A DNA stretch of 64,000 nt from an uncultured Caulobacterales bacterium (GCA_964571595.1 CAZNCJ010000002.1:13321-77320); one strand, 5' to 3'. Positions 36,042 to 45,770 are shown, counted from the stretch's first letter. The notes: a model not told the origin generated them from the sequence alone. Numbers and translations are program-made.

Positions 36042-38750
36042 ATGCAAGATGAGGCCATGACAGATCCGGTTGTGCAAACGGCCAAGCGACTGACCCGCCG
36101 CGCCCATTTCCACCTTTACTGGGAGACTTATGCCCCTGTTTTGGCAGGCGCAGCTTTGGCTTTATCTATATTCCTGATGGCCAGTTTTGGCGGGGTCTGG
36201 GAAATTATTGGAGACCCGTGGCGGGGAATAGCTTTATTTATCGTGCTGTTTTTATGTGCGCGGGCAGCTTGGACGGCCTATAAAATCCCACGCCCCAGCA
36301 TATCGGCTGCGCGTAGGCGTGTTGAAAATGATTCAGGTCAGTTACATCGCCCTTTAGATACTATAGCCGATCATCCAGCCAATGGCGGGGAACGACTATG
36401 GGATAGTCATGTCTCGAATGCGAACGAAAGTGTATTGAGTTTACAATATTCAAAATTACGCTCTGTGATTGCCCCGAAAGATAAGTATTTTATGCGCTTT
36501 ATCGCGCCTATCTCGCTCATTTTGGCGATGATGGTCGGGGCGGGGTATAATTTCGAGAGATTGCGTCGCTCTTTTGTGCCGGTTTGGCAAAGCGGAATTT
36601 TAGGTCAGGATGTGCGGCTTGAAGCCTGGATTGATCCGCCGGATTATACGGGACGTCCGCCGATCTATTTTAAGGATGGCCGTCATGTCGAAATTCCGGC
36701 TGGCTCTGAACTGGTGGCGCGGATTTACGGGGCGAAGTCAGCCCCGCGGCCAAAATTAGTCACAAAGTCAGGCCAGACAAAATTTTTAAAACTTGGTCGT
36801 CTGGACCCAATAACTTTTGAAACGCGGACTGTTTTGAATAAAAGCGCAAAGGTGCATTGGCGCATCATCAATAAGACACGCTCATGGAAGCTGGATGTTG
36901 TAGAGGATCAACCGCCTGTCATAGACATAACCTCAACACCTGAGGCGGATAAGCGTGATAGGCTGAAATTTTCCTATAGTCTGGAAGATGATTACGGGGT
37001 TGAAGCTTTGGAGTTGCAAATGCGCAAGCTCTCGGTTTCAGAGATTGCGGATGGAGATGAGGGGCAAGACGACACTATAGTGCCCGTAATTTTACCCGGC
37101 GCATCCGTGAAAAGACTAGAAGATCGCGAAGCCCTTCTGGACCTTACCAAGCATGAATGGGCTGGACAAAAAGTCTCGGCGGTTTTAATTGCGCGCGACG
37201 GTGCGGGTCAGATCGCAAGCTCGGAACGGGTTTATTTTACCGTCCCAGATAAAATTTTCATTGAACCTTTGGCTAAGGCTGTCATTGAAAATCGACGTTT
37301 GTTTTTACAGGGCCAAGCAGAATATACCCCTTATAAACCACTTAGCCGTAAAGCGCTTCAAGACCAGCCTTTATATGATACTTATGAGCCACATGCCCGA
37401 CTTGAGCGCGCCCCCGAGCAGGTACAAAGAGCAGCACTGCTACTTGAGGCTCTCACAGATAAGCCTGTCACTATATATCAAGACCCTGTTCTGTATATGG
37501 GTTTGCGGCATGTCTTGGAAACGACACGATTTGCACACGGACAAGAAAGCCTAGAGAATATACCCGCCCAATTATGGACTATGGCCTTACGCGCTGAATT
37601 TGGCTTATTAGGATCGGCTTTAGAGGCTATGCAGGCAGCAGAAAATAGCTTGCGCGAAGGTATCGCCAGACGTGCCCCCCAGCGCGAGATAGATACATTA
37701 TTTGACCGTTATAATGAGGCGGTTGACCGCTATATGGAAGAGCTGCGCAAAAAGGCCGTAGAAGCTGGTAATATAGCCGAGGAAGGCGGCGGCGGGGACG
37801 GCCGGAATACCGACCAGATTGAAGAGCTCCTCGCGGCGATTGAAGAAGCCAACCGTATTGGCGATGTTGACGGCGCAAGGCGGGCCTTGGCGCAATTGGC
37901 GGCCCTTCTTGAAAACATGCAAATCCAGCTGTCTGCGGGGCAAGGTCAGGGTGAAGGCGAGAGCATGCCCGGGGAGATGTCCGAAGAATTACGGGAGGCT
38001 TTGGAAGAAATGGCCGATCTGTTAGGCGAGCAAAGAGAGCTTAAAGACGAAACAGAGCGCTCAGAAAAACAGGCTGAAAGTGAAGATCAACAATCTGGCC
38101 AAGATCAGTCATCAGGCCAAGATCAATCCTCCAGAAACGGTCAATCCGCCTCACCCGGCCAAGAGGCTCTCACGACAGAAGAATTAGCTGAACAGCAAAA
38201 ACTACTTGAAGAGGGTCTGAGCGCCCTAAACAAGATTTTGGAAGAGGGCGGCGTTGGCGATGAAGGTGACCAACTGGCACAAGAAGACGGTTCTGGCTTG
38301 GGGCAAGAAGACGAAGACGGCACAGGCGGCTCTCAAGAGGGTGATGAAGAGAGTGGTAATGGAGGCGGTAAATCCGCACAAGAGGCTTTGGCGGATGCGG
38401 CACGGGCGATGCTTGGTTCTCGCGAGGCTTTGAGTGCTGAAGATCTGGCGGAGGCTGGGCGTGCTCAAGAGGACGCCATTCAGGCGTTACGCGAAGCCGG
38501 AAAGTCACTCTCGCGCGCCGTTAAAAGTCAGCAACGTGCTGAAAATGACGGTGAAGATGAAGGCAAAGATTCTAATCCTTTGGGCCAAGCTAATGGTATT
38601 GAGGACGAAAATGCAGAGGCTGATGTGGACGGTTTGGATAATGCGACCCGCTCGCGTGAATTACTTGAAGAGCTAAGACGTCGGGCTTCTGAGCAAGAGC
38701 GTGAGCAAAGCGAACGTGAATATTTAGAGCGTTTGTTAAAGCGTTTCTAA
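36042..38750 (+). CDS. TIGR02302/DUF4175-type alphaproteobacterial membrane protein with an acidic Gln/Gly/Glu-rich low-complexity C-terminus
   Basis: The 902-aa protein has 2-3 N-terminal TM helices, a long extracytoplasmic region and a low-complexity tail (GQDQSS repeats, E/D-rich). This fits the family description as I recall it. Confidence 0.65.
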   Translation: MQDEAMTDPVVQTAKRLTRRAHFHLYWETYAPVLAGAALALSIFLMASFGGVWEIIGDPWRGIALFIVLFLCARAAWTAYKIPRPSISAARRRVENDSGQLHRPLDTIADHPANGGERLWDSHVSNANESVLSLQYSKLRSVIAPKDKYFMRFIAPISLILAMMVGAGYNFERLRRSFVPVWQSGILGQDVRLEAWIDPPDYTGRPPIYFKDGRHVEIPAGSELVARIYGAKSAPRPKLVTKSGQTKFLKLGRLDPITFETRTVLNKSAKVHWRIINKTRSWKLDVVEDQPPVIDITSTPEADKRDRLKFSYSLEDDYGVEALELQMRKLSVSEIADGDEGQDDTIVPVILPGASVKRLEDREALLDLTKHEWAGQKVSAVLIARDGAGQIASSERVYFTVPDKIFIEPLAKAVIENRRLFLQGQAEYTPYKPLSRKALQDQPLYDTYEPHARLERAPEQVQRAALLLEALTDKPVTIYQDPVLYMGLRHVLETTRFAHGQESLENIPAQLWTMALRAEFGLLGSALEAMQAAENSLREGIARRAPQREIDTLFDRYNEAVDRYMEELRKKAVEAGNIAEEGGGGDGRNTDQIEELLAAIEEANRIGDVDGARRALAQLAALLENMQIQLSAGQGQGEGESMPGEMSEELREALEEMADLLGEQRELKDETERSEKQAESEDQQSGQDQSSGQDQSSRNGQSASPGQEALTTEELAEQQKLLEEGLSALNKILEEGGVGDEGDQLAQEDGSGLGQEDEDGTGGSQEGDEESGNGGGKSAQEALADAARAMLGSREALSAEDLAEAGRAQEDAIQALREAGKSLSRAVKSQQRAENDGEDEGKDSNPLGQANGIEDENAEADVDGLDNATRSRELLEELRRRASEQEREQSEREYLERLLKRF
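38097..38132 (+). repeat. 18-nt tandem duplication (x2) in the low-complexity tail
   Basis: The units ggccaagatcagtcatca and ggccaagatcaatcctcc are adjacent and encode GQDQSS twice. Confidence 0.85.
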
Positions 38751-38751
38751 T

Positions 38752-39690
38752 TTATTCGTTTACAGCCTTTTTATCACCATCAGAGGTAAATCCGATTTGT
38801 GTCGGAACATTTGTAATCTGGTCCGCAATCGTATCATTTGTAAATCTATAAGTCAGATTAACCGCATCTAGCGGTGGATTGGGAAAATGGGTGACATATT
38901 CCGCGCGCTTGTTCTTTTCAAGCTGGCTTTTCTCAAATTCAAAACGCCATTCTACGAGTTTTTCTTCGTTTTTATTATGAAGCGAGAAGATAATGGGGTG
39001 AAGGTTTATCCGGCGTCCAGATATGTTTTTGACTGATCCATTAATCACCAAGACGGGTTCGCCGTCCATATAAATACTGCGCGTTATCGGTGGATCAAAA
39101 CTTAACCCATCGCGCGAAACGTCAATCCCGACCACCTTGTATAAGGTCGCCATTTTAGGGTGCTCCGTGACAATGTCTTGGCGAAATATATAAGCAAGGC
39201 CGGCACATCCAATTAATGTGCCGATAGTGGCACTCCAGATAAGCCCGACAATACTTAGCCGGCGTGTACGGCGTTGTTTATCTGCGCGGTCACGAATACT
39301 GACATGGGCACCTGTTGTAAAAGCAGGCTGAGCTGTCTCTTTAAGGGATGTTTGGACAGATAAGTCCTCAATTTCAGGATGGGATGTCTGCACATTTTCC
39401 TGATTTTGACTTAGCAAGTCTTCAAAACCCGTCTTGTTCTCTGCCTTGCTTTTGGGCGGGGCAGAGGTTTCCCAAGGGGGAATATCATTTGTGATGTCCG
39501 GTGAGGTTGGCGGGGCGGTAAGAGGCTTTAAGTCCTCGCTTTCATTATCTTTGAGGACATATTCGTCTAGATCGAGGCTCACAAACCAGCTATTTTGACA
39601 TTTTGAACATCTTACCGTACGCCCATTAGGGCCGATAGCTTCGTCCTTGGCGAAATAACGCGTGGAACATTCGGGACATGTGAGTATCAT
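38752..39690 (-). CDS. ZitP-like protein: MJ0042-type zinc ribbon, one TM helix and a DUF3426-like C-terminal domain
   Basis: The N-terminus is 'MILTCPECSTRYFAKDEAIGPNGRTVRCSKCQNSW'. A central TM helix 'LSIVGLIWSATIGTLIGCAGLAYIF' follows, then a beta-rich C-terminal domain. Confidence 0.7.
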   Translation of the reverse strand: MILTCPECSTRYFAKDEAIGPNGRTVRCSKCQNSWFVSLDLDEYVLKDNESEDLKPLTAPPTSPDITNDIPPWETSAPPKSKAENKTGFEDLLSQNQENVQTSHPEIEDLSVQTSLKETAQPAFTTGAHVSIRDRADKQRRTRRLSIVGLIWSATIGTLIGCAGLAYIFRQDIVTEHPKMATLYKVVGIDVSRDGLSFDPPITRSIYMDGEPVLVINGSVKNISGRRINLHPIIFSLHNKNEEKLVEWRFEFEKSQLEKNKRAEYVTHFPNPPLDAVNLTYRFTNDTIADQITNVPTQIGFTSDGDKKAVNE

Positions 39691-39736
39691 GGTAAACCTG
39701 ATTCGAAACTATGTTGAAAGATGCCGATTAAGCTAA

Positions 39737-40525
39737 ATGAAGTCTAGTCCTGACATGCCTAATAATGCGATTAAGACAGATAGATCGCCTCCACCTTCGG
39801 CATTATCAATGCAGAGCGCGAAAAGGCGTGAGGAAATTATCCGTTTTGAACGACTGGCCGTGCGTTATGGTCGCGGGCCAGAAGTGCTCAGCGATGTCAA
39901 TTTCACCCTCCGCTCTGGCTCTTTTTCTTTCCTGACCGGGCCATCTGGTGCGGGCAAAACCACCTTGCTGGAATTGATCAATCTCAATTTACGTCCCTCT
40001 CGCGGTTTCATTCATCTTTTCGGCGAGGATTGCGCATTATTTAGTAAGGCTGAGCGGGCAAAATATAAGCGCCGGATTGGCTTGATCTCACAAGATGTCA
40101 ATCTGATTGACCATTTAAGTGTATTTGAGAATGTGGCTTTGCCCTTGCGGGTAAACGGACAGCCCCAAAGCGCTTATAGGCAGGATGTTATAGAGCTTTT
40201 GCAATGGGTCGGTCTAGGAGGGCGGTTACAGGCTTTGCCTGCGACATTGTCTGGCGGAGAAAAACAACGCGCGGCGATTGCGCGGGCTGTGATTGCAAAA
40301 CCAGATATTTTGATCGCCGATGAACCGACTGGCAATGTGGACTCAGACATTGCGCACCGCCTTATGCATCTATTTGGAGAGATGAACCGGATGGGCGCGA
40401 CAATTTTTATTGCCACACATGACGCCCGGCTTGCCCGCCGACATACGGGTGATATTTATAATATTCAAAATGGACAGATCAATCTTCAAGATGATCACCC
40501 TGCGGTGGATGAGGGGATGTCTTAA
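39737..40525 (+). CDS. ftsE: Cell division ATP-binding protein FtsE
   Basis: It has Walker A 'GPSGAGKTT', the ABC signature 'LSGGEKQR' and Walker B 'ILIADEPTG'. The real start is probably ATG 39809 ('MQSAKRREEIIRFERL'). Confidence 0.85.
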   Translation: MKSSPDMPNNAIKTDRSPPPSALSMQSAKRREEIIRFERLAVRYGRGPEVLSDVNFTLRSGSFSFLTGPSGAGKTTLLELINLNLRPSRGFIHLFGEDCALFSKAERAKYKRRIGLISQDVNLIDHLSVFENVALPLRVNGQPQSAYRQDVIELLQWVGLGGRLQALPATLSGGEKQRAAIARAVIAKPDILIADEPTGNVDSDIAHRLMHLFGEMNRMGATIFIATHDARLARRHTGDIYNIQNGQINLQDDHPAVDEGMS

Positions 40526-41425
40526 ATGAGTGATGCGCCTCATTCCAGTTTTTCGCCCATTGCCTTATTGCCGCGCGAGCGTCAGCAAGACGGCCCCTTG
40601 CTTTTTGTCATGTCGATAATGGCTTTGCTGGCGGGGCTCATTATCTTATTTGCCACGATGAGCACACGTGCGATTGATCAGTGGCAAAGCGGGTTAACAC
40701 AGGGGGCTACCCTGACATTAAAACTCTCAGACATTGAGCAAAGAGAGACACAGACAGCGCAACTCCAAGCCATATTAGAGACCCGCGGGGATATAAAATC
40801 CGTCTCTGTTCTGTCAGAAGCGCGCGCGAAAGCCTTGCTCAAACCTTGGTTGGGTGATGTGGAATTGCCCGATGATTTACCCGTTCCCGCCCTTTTTAGT
40901 CTTGAGCTTGCGCCCGATAAGCGATTGGATGTTGAAACCTTAAGATCTGAAATTAGCGAGCAAGGGCTGGATGTCGTGATTGATGATCATAGCTTGTGGC
41001 GCATTGATATTGAGCGAAATCGTAAAACCTTATTGGGTGCGCTTAGAACTATTCTGGTCTTGATTTTACTTTCCAGTATGGCGGTGAGTATATTTGCGAC
41101 ACAGGCCCGGCTACACACTCAACATAAAACCATTTCCGTGCTCCATCAGGTGGGAGCAAAAAACAGTTTTATCGCCCGGCTTTTTGTCGGTCAGTTTTTT
41201 CTACGCGGCTTGATAGCCGGGGCTATTGGGTGTAGTCTAGCTCTTTTATTTGCCTTGATTTTTCAATGGGTACAGGGGGATAACACCGTCTTTGGGCAAT
41301 ATTATATAATTGGATCTGATATTATCAAACTGGTTTATCTCGCCTTAATATTTGGTTTGATTTGCGCGCTGACCGCAGGTCTTACAGGCTTGAGTGTTCT
41401 CAATAGACAGAACCTTATATATTAG
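40526..41425 (+). CDS. ftsX: FtsX-like cell division permease
   Basis: It abuts the ftsE stop. It has one N-terminal TM helix, a periplasmic loop and three C-terminal TM helices. Confidence 0.75.
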   Translation: MSDAPHSSFSPIALLPRERQQDGPLLFVMSIMALLAGLIILFATMSTRAIDQWQSGLTQGATLTLKLSDIEQRETQTAQLQAILETRGDIKSVSVLSEARAKALLKPWLGDVELPDDLPVPALFSLELAPDKRLDVETLRSEISEQGLDVVIDDHSLWRIDIERNRKTLLGALRTILVLILLSSMAVSIFATQARLHTQHKTISVLHQVGAKNSFIARLFVGQFFLRGLIAGAIGCSLALLFALIFQWVQGDNTVFGQYYIIGSDIIKLVYLALIFGLICALTAGLTGLSVLNRQNLIY

Positions 41426-41429
41426 ACAG

Positions 41430-42215
41430 ATGGCAACTCGCACCCCAAATATAAACAGCCCGCAGGCGGCAAAAGAACCACGTTCCAAAAAACAGTCTTG
41501 GTTAAAGCTCTTTGCCTTCATTTTTGGCCTATTGACCGGGATTATATTTACGGGTTTTTTTTTCTTCGTCAGGACTGTGACCTCGCAAAACCTGCCAAAC
41601 CCTGTCCAGCGAGCTGACGGGATTGTCGTTTTGACGGGCACGGGCGGTGGTAGATTGGAAGCGGGTGCAAAGCTGCTCATGCAAGAGAAGGGCGAAAGGC
41701 TCCTGATTTCGGGTGTGAATCGCGATATCTCCAGAGAGGAGATATTGGATGTTTTGAACCTGCCAGATAAGCTGTCAAATTGCTGCGTGGATATGGACTT
41801 TGCCCAAGATACGATTGAAAATGCACAAAAGACGTCCGTTTGGGCGCAAGCTTTGGGGTTTGAGCATATTCTGCTTGTGACGTCCGCCTATCATATGCCG
41901 CGCGCGCAGGGCGCGATTACAGCAGCCAGCGGGCGTATGAAAATAACACCTTATCCCGTCAGAGATGATAAATTTCGTCAATGGTGGAAACATGGTTCCC
42001 AGATCAAGCGGCTGATAAGAGAATATGGAAAATTACTTGTCAGTTTTGTCCATACATCAAGCGATAAAACTATCCGTAATCCCATTAGTTTAAACCTGCC
42101 CAAGTCGGGGGGAAAACCTGCGGATGCCCGCCTTGATAGCACGGCAGATAGTTCCTCTGATATTGTTCCACCCGCAGATAAGTCCCCGTCAGATGAACTT
42201 GGCGGTGTAGAATAA
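41430..42215 (+). CDS. YdcF/ElyC-family (DUF218) protein
   Basis: The start was chosen at ATG 41430. It has an N-terminal TM helix and the DUF218 core 'ADGIVVLTGTGGGRLEAG...LLISGV...TSAYHMPRA'. Confidence 0.75.
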   Translation: MATRTPNINSPQAAKEPRSKKQSWLKLFAFIFGLLTGIIFTGFFFFVRTVTSQNLPNPVQRADGIVVLTGTGGGRLEAGAKLLMQEKGERLLISGVNRDISREEILDVLNLPDKLSNCCVDMDFAQDTIENAQKTSVWAQALGFEHILLVTSAYHMPRAQGAITAASGRMKITPYPVRDDKFRQWWKHGSQIKRLIREYGKLLVSFVHTSSDKTIRNPISLNLPKSGGKPADARLDSTADSSSDIVPPADKSPSDELGGVE

Positions 42216-42231
42216 GGTACGGGGCAGGGTT

Positions 42232-43260
42232 ATGACGGTGCACAAGGCTAAAGGTAAAAAGGGAATATTCAGCAAAGCTATTATTTCTTTGGCGCTTCTG
42301 ATTGCGGCCTATGTGCTATATTGGGCGGCAGGCCGTTCAGTCATTGTCAAAAATTTCAATGAGACCATAATGTCTGCACGCCAAAGCGGTCATAGCGTCC
42401 AGCCGAAATCTTTTACTCTTTCAGGTTTTCCTTTTTCTTTTAAGGGTCATATGCGTTCTTTGCTTTTGGGTGCGCCGCAAGCCAGTTCGCCTTGGTCTAT
42501 ACGCAGTGAGAATCTACATTTAGAAGCCGCCTCTTATAACCCGCTTAAATGGGATATATATCACGCAGGCGATGCGCGCCTAGATATGCGCGGCCCAGTC
42601 GGGCAGAGATGGTTATTTGATATAAGGCCCCTCTTATTAGATGGTGATGTGAGCCTGTCTTATAAAGGCGATATAAAATCTATCCTCTTTAATGCGGATA
42701 AGCTCCGCCCACATGCCGTGATTGGCACAGAACCACCCTTTCGAGCCTTAGATGGTTTCCGCGCGCAAATCACGCCGAACCGCGAAAATGTAGATATTGC
42801 ATTGGATTTAGAAAATATATTTTTAAGTGCCAAGGTCTGGGCGCCCTTACAAAAGGTTTTTGGGCCACGACTAGAAACGGTTTCGCTTAAGGCGCAAGCT
42901 GTGGGGTTATCCGCGCTCTCGCAAGAGGCGGTTGCGAGTTGGAGCAAAGAACCGCGTTTGACGTCCTCAGACTGGCTTGTAAAATGGAATGGTATTGATC
43001 TGCGAGGAGATTTTGATCTTACCAAATCCTCGCAAGGCGTTTCAGGAAATATCCGTATAATTCTTGATGATGAACGCGCCTTCTTTGAGGCCATGACCGC
43101 CTCAGGCCTTATAACGTCCACTCAAGCCAGCCTGATGAAATTTGCTCTAGCTTCGCGACCTAAAACAGACTCACAAACAAATGGAGCGCAAAAAGAGATT
43201 AATTTAATATTGGCAAACTCTCAGTTGACGCTATTTGGCCAGCCCATATATAAATTTTAA
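42232..43260 (+). CDS. DUF2125-like membrane-anchored protein
   Basis: It has an N-terminal TM helix and the motif 'LSGFPFSF'. It sits after ftsEX/ydcF, as in other alphaproteobacteria. This is recalled from memory. Confidence 0.5.
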   Translation: MTVHKAKGKKGIFSKAIISLALLIAAYVLYWAAGRSVIVKNFNETIMSARQSGHSVQPKSFTLSGFPFSFKGHMRSLLLGAPQASSPWSIRSENLHLEAASYNPLKWDIYHAGDARLDMRGPVGQRWLFDIRPLLLDGDVSLSYKGDIKSILFNADKLRPHAVIGTEPPFRALDGFRAQITPNRENVDIALDLENIFLSAKVWAPLQKVFGPRLETVSLKAQAVGLSALSQEAVASWSKEPRLTSSDWLVKWNGIDLRGDFDLTKSSQGVSGNIRIILDDERAFFEAMTASGLITSTQASLMKFALASRPKTDSQTNGAQKEINLILANSQLTLFGQPIYKF

Positions 43261-44168
43261 TCATCGCGACCAAAATTAGCCAATTTACTATCTTGGCCGG
43301 CATCGACAATTTTACGTCGAATATCGCGGGTCTTGGAAAAATGATCCACTAATGTCTCGCCGTCATTCCAACGTATAGCCCGCTTAAGCGCGGAGAGATC
43401 TTCAATGAAACGATCGACCACTTCTAAGACGCTCTCGCTATTATTGAGAAACACATCCCGCCACATAACAGGGTCTGAGGCGGCAATACGTGTGAAATCC
43501 CGAAACCCGCCTGCGGAAAATTTTACGACTTCATTGCGGGTTATTGTTTCCATATCTATGGCTGTGCCGACAAGTGTGTAAGCAATAAGGTGGGGGACAT
43601 GTGAGGTTGTTGCTAAAACAAGATCATGGCGCTCCGGGCTCATTACGGCCACGCTGCTGCCTATGCCTTCCCAAAAGGTCTGAACCTTTTTTACGGCTGG
43701 ATCGCTTTCGTCTGCGGGGGTTAAAATACACCAGCGCTGATTAAACAATTCGGCAAATCCGGCCTCGGGGCCGTTATGTTCTGTTCCTGCAATAGGATGG
43801 CCGGGGACAAAGCTGATATCATCTTTAAGATGCGGGGTGACCGCCTCGATAATATTACCCTTAAGCGAGCCGACATCTGTAAGAATAGCCCCGGATTTCA
43901 TGGCCGGAATAATGTCTTTTACGACCTCGCCCATTTTTCCGGGGGGTACGCAGAGTATAACCAAATCAGCCTGTGAAGCATAAAATTCTGCCGTGTTCTC
44001 GCTCACACCGTCTGCGATTTTAAGACGGGTAATGGCCTTGCATACTGATGCTGAACTATCGGCCATATAGACGGTTTTGGCCTGGTCATATGTTTTGGAT
44101 GCCCGCGCTAAGGATGAGCCAATAAGCCCGCCGCCTATAATGAGTATAGTGTCAAATGTGGTCGTCAT
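43257..44168 (-). CDS. tyrC: Prephenate/arogenate (cyclohexadienyl) dehydrogenase
   Basis: It has the Rossmann motif 'ILIIGGGLIGSSLA' and 'GHPIAGTEHNG'. Confidence 0.85.
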   Translation of the reverse strand: MTTTFDTILIIGGGLIGSSLARASKTYDQAKTVYMADSSASVCKAITRLKIADGVSENTAEFYASQADLVILCVPPGKMGEVVKDIIPAMKSGAILTDVGSLKGNIIEAVTPHLKDDISFVPGHPIAGTEHNGPEAGFAELFNQRWCILTPADESDPAVKKVQTFWEGIGSSVAVMSPERHDLVLATTSHVPHLIAYTLVGTAIDMETITRNEVVKFSAGGFRDFTRIAASDPVMWRDVFLNNSESVLEVVDRFIEDLSALKRAIRWNDGETLVDHFSKTRDIRRKIVDAGQDSKLANFGRDD

Positions 44169-44170
44169 AT

Positions 44171-44965
44171 TTATTCGGATTTCTCAGAGCCAAGCGGCCA
44201 TGGCAAGCAGCCAATGATTTTGGCATAAGGGTCTTGTGATTTTATATTTTCAAAGAGCGCACTCTTTGGGGTTATAAATAAGGGCAAGCTATAGAGTTTG
44301 TGCTCACCGGCTTCGCCGCGAAAGACGGGCGCACCGTCATAGGCGTTTAGGGCGTCGGAGTTTTTCAGGGCGATTAAACTATCATCAGCCCCGGAAGGCT
44401 GTAAGGCGGCTGTCGCCACCGCCACGGCGCGTGGCCATCCGGCTTTTCCAGTACGCGGCAAGCCTGAAAGAATATGCATATCGGGCATAGCGCCGCCTTC
44501 ACACAGGGCGGTCCACCAACTATTCATCCCGCCCGGCGCAGGTAAGATCGCCACGCCTTCGCCTTCACTATAGGCGGCCGCCAGAGCCGAGCTGGCGGTG
44601 GGATAGGACAAGGCCGGTAGAGCTGAGCCAAAACGATCGCGCACTAATGTCCAAACATCCAGCGCATCACCTTCTAAAGCAATATGGAGGCGCATGGGCC
44701 CTTGTATGGCCAGGCTGGCGCTCATCAGCTCGGCCCAGATACGCGAGACAAGATTAGCCGGTGTTTCAGAGGTGGCTTTGGAGAGGTCGCGCACATGGCT
44801 TTCCTCGCGGGAGGGCCGCCAGACCCGCACACCGCTTTTGGCCCGCCTGACGGCGCTGGCCAGTTCTAGGCGTTCCGCGATAAGGCCGAGTAAGGCATTA
44901 TCAACCCGGTCTATTTCTGCGCGGACATGATTAATATCCGTATGTTTGGTCTTCTTAGTGGTCAT
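44171..44965 (-). CDS. Chorismate mutase domain protein with a ~170-aa C-terminal extension
   Basis: The N-terminal AroQ-like helix is 'VRAEIDRVDNALLGLIAERLELASAVRRAK'. The C-terminal part is unassigned. Confidence 0.65.
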   Translation of the reverse strand: MTTKKTKHTDINHVRAEIDRVDNALLGLIAERLELASAVRRAKSGVRVWRPSREESHVRDLSKATSETPANLVSRIWAELMSASLAIQGPMRLHIALEGDALDVWTLVRDRFGSALPALSYPTASSALAAAYSEGEGVAILPAPGGMNSWWTALCEGGAMPDMHILSGLPRTGKAGWPRAVAVATAALQPSGADDSLIALKNSDALNAYDGAPVFRGEAGEHKLYSLPLFITPKSALFENIKSQDPYAKIIGCLPWPLGSEKSE

Positions 44966-44979
44966 AATCTGACGGACTT

Positions 44980-45729
44980 TTAATTTCTCTTTCGATAAGG
45001 CGTGCCTGTATTGCCTATGGGTTGAATTCCAAATCTGGGACGTAAAACCCGTTTAGGCAGCACGGCTGAGGGTTCGGCATATAGACGCTTTACGGCTTCT
45101 ACAAGTATTAGTCCCGAAAAATTTGGCCAAACGGTTTCGCCGAATTGTTCAAATAGCTGGGCACGTTTGGGGCGAGCAAAGAAAATATGCGGCGGTGCAT
45201 ATAAAGCCCCTGACCAGACTGTGGGTAAAAAACCTGCGCTTTCAAGGGCTGTGCGCAATTGAGAGCGACTAAAAGGACGCCCTGCGCCAAACGGGCTTTT
45301 TTCTGATCTTGCCCATAATCCACTGCGGTTAGCGGCAATGATAACAATGCGACCTTCAGGCTTGGCGATCCGCCATAATTCCGGGAGAAGCCCGTTAAGG
45401 TCTGGGGCTTCTTCTACACCGTGGGCCACGCAGATATTATCCATACTAGCATCGGCAAAGGGGAGCCGGGTTTCAGGGGTCAAACAGGAAATCACCCCGC
45501 GTTTGGAAAGCCTTACAATCGCGCCTTGTCCTGCGGGCATGGCGTAAACAATTCGTTTGGCTTCTGATGTGTACGATTCCAGATAAGGTCCGCAATAGCC
45601 AAACCCCAATAAGCTTTTACCTTGCAGCTGTGGCCAGAGCTTGGCGAGACGCCGCAACACCATTGACTGGGCGCTCAGACCTAATTGGCTGGCGTAAAAA
45701 TTTTCAAGTTGGACTACACTTTGGCGCAT
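44980..45729 (-). CDS. Class I SAM-dependent methyltransferase
   Basis: It has the motif 'LLGFGYCGPYL' and the usual alphaproteobacterial position divergent from gloB. Confidence 0.65.
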   Translation of the reverse strand: MRQSVVQLENFYASQLGLSAQSMVLRRLAKLWPQLQGKSLLGFGYCGPYLESYTSEAKRIVYAMPAGQGAIVRLSKRGVISCLTPETRLPFADASMDNICVAHGVEEAPDLNGLLPELWRIAKPEGRIVIIAANRSGLWARSEKSPFGAGRPFSRSQLRTALESAGFLPTVWSGALYAPPHIFFARPKRAQLFEQFGETVWPNFSGLILVEAVKRLYAEPSAVLPKRVLRPRFGIQPIGNTGTPYRKRN

Positions 45730-45770
45730 ATGGCGCTATTGTAACCAAGATTACTTTATAGGAAAGCCTA

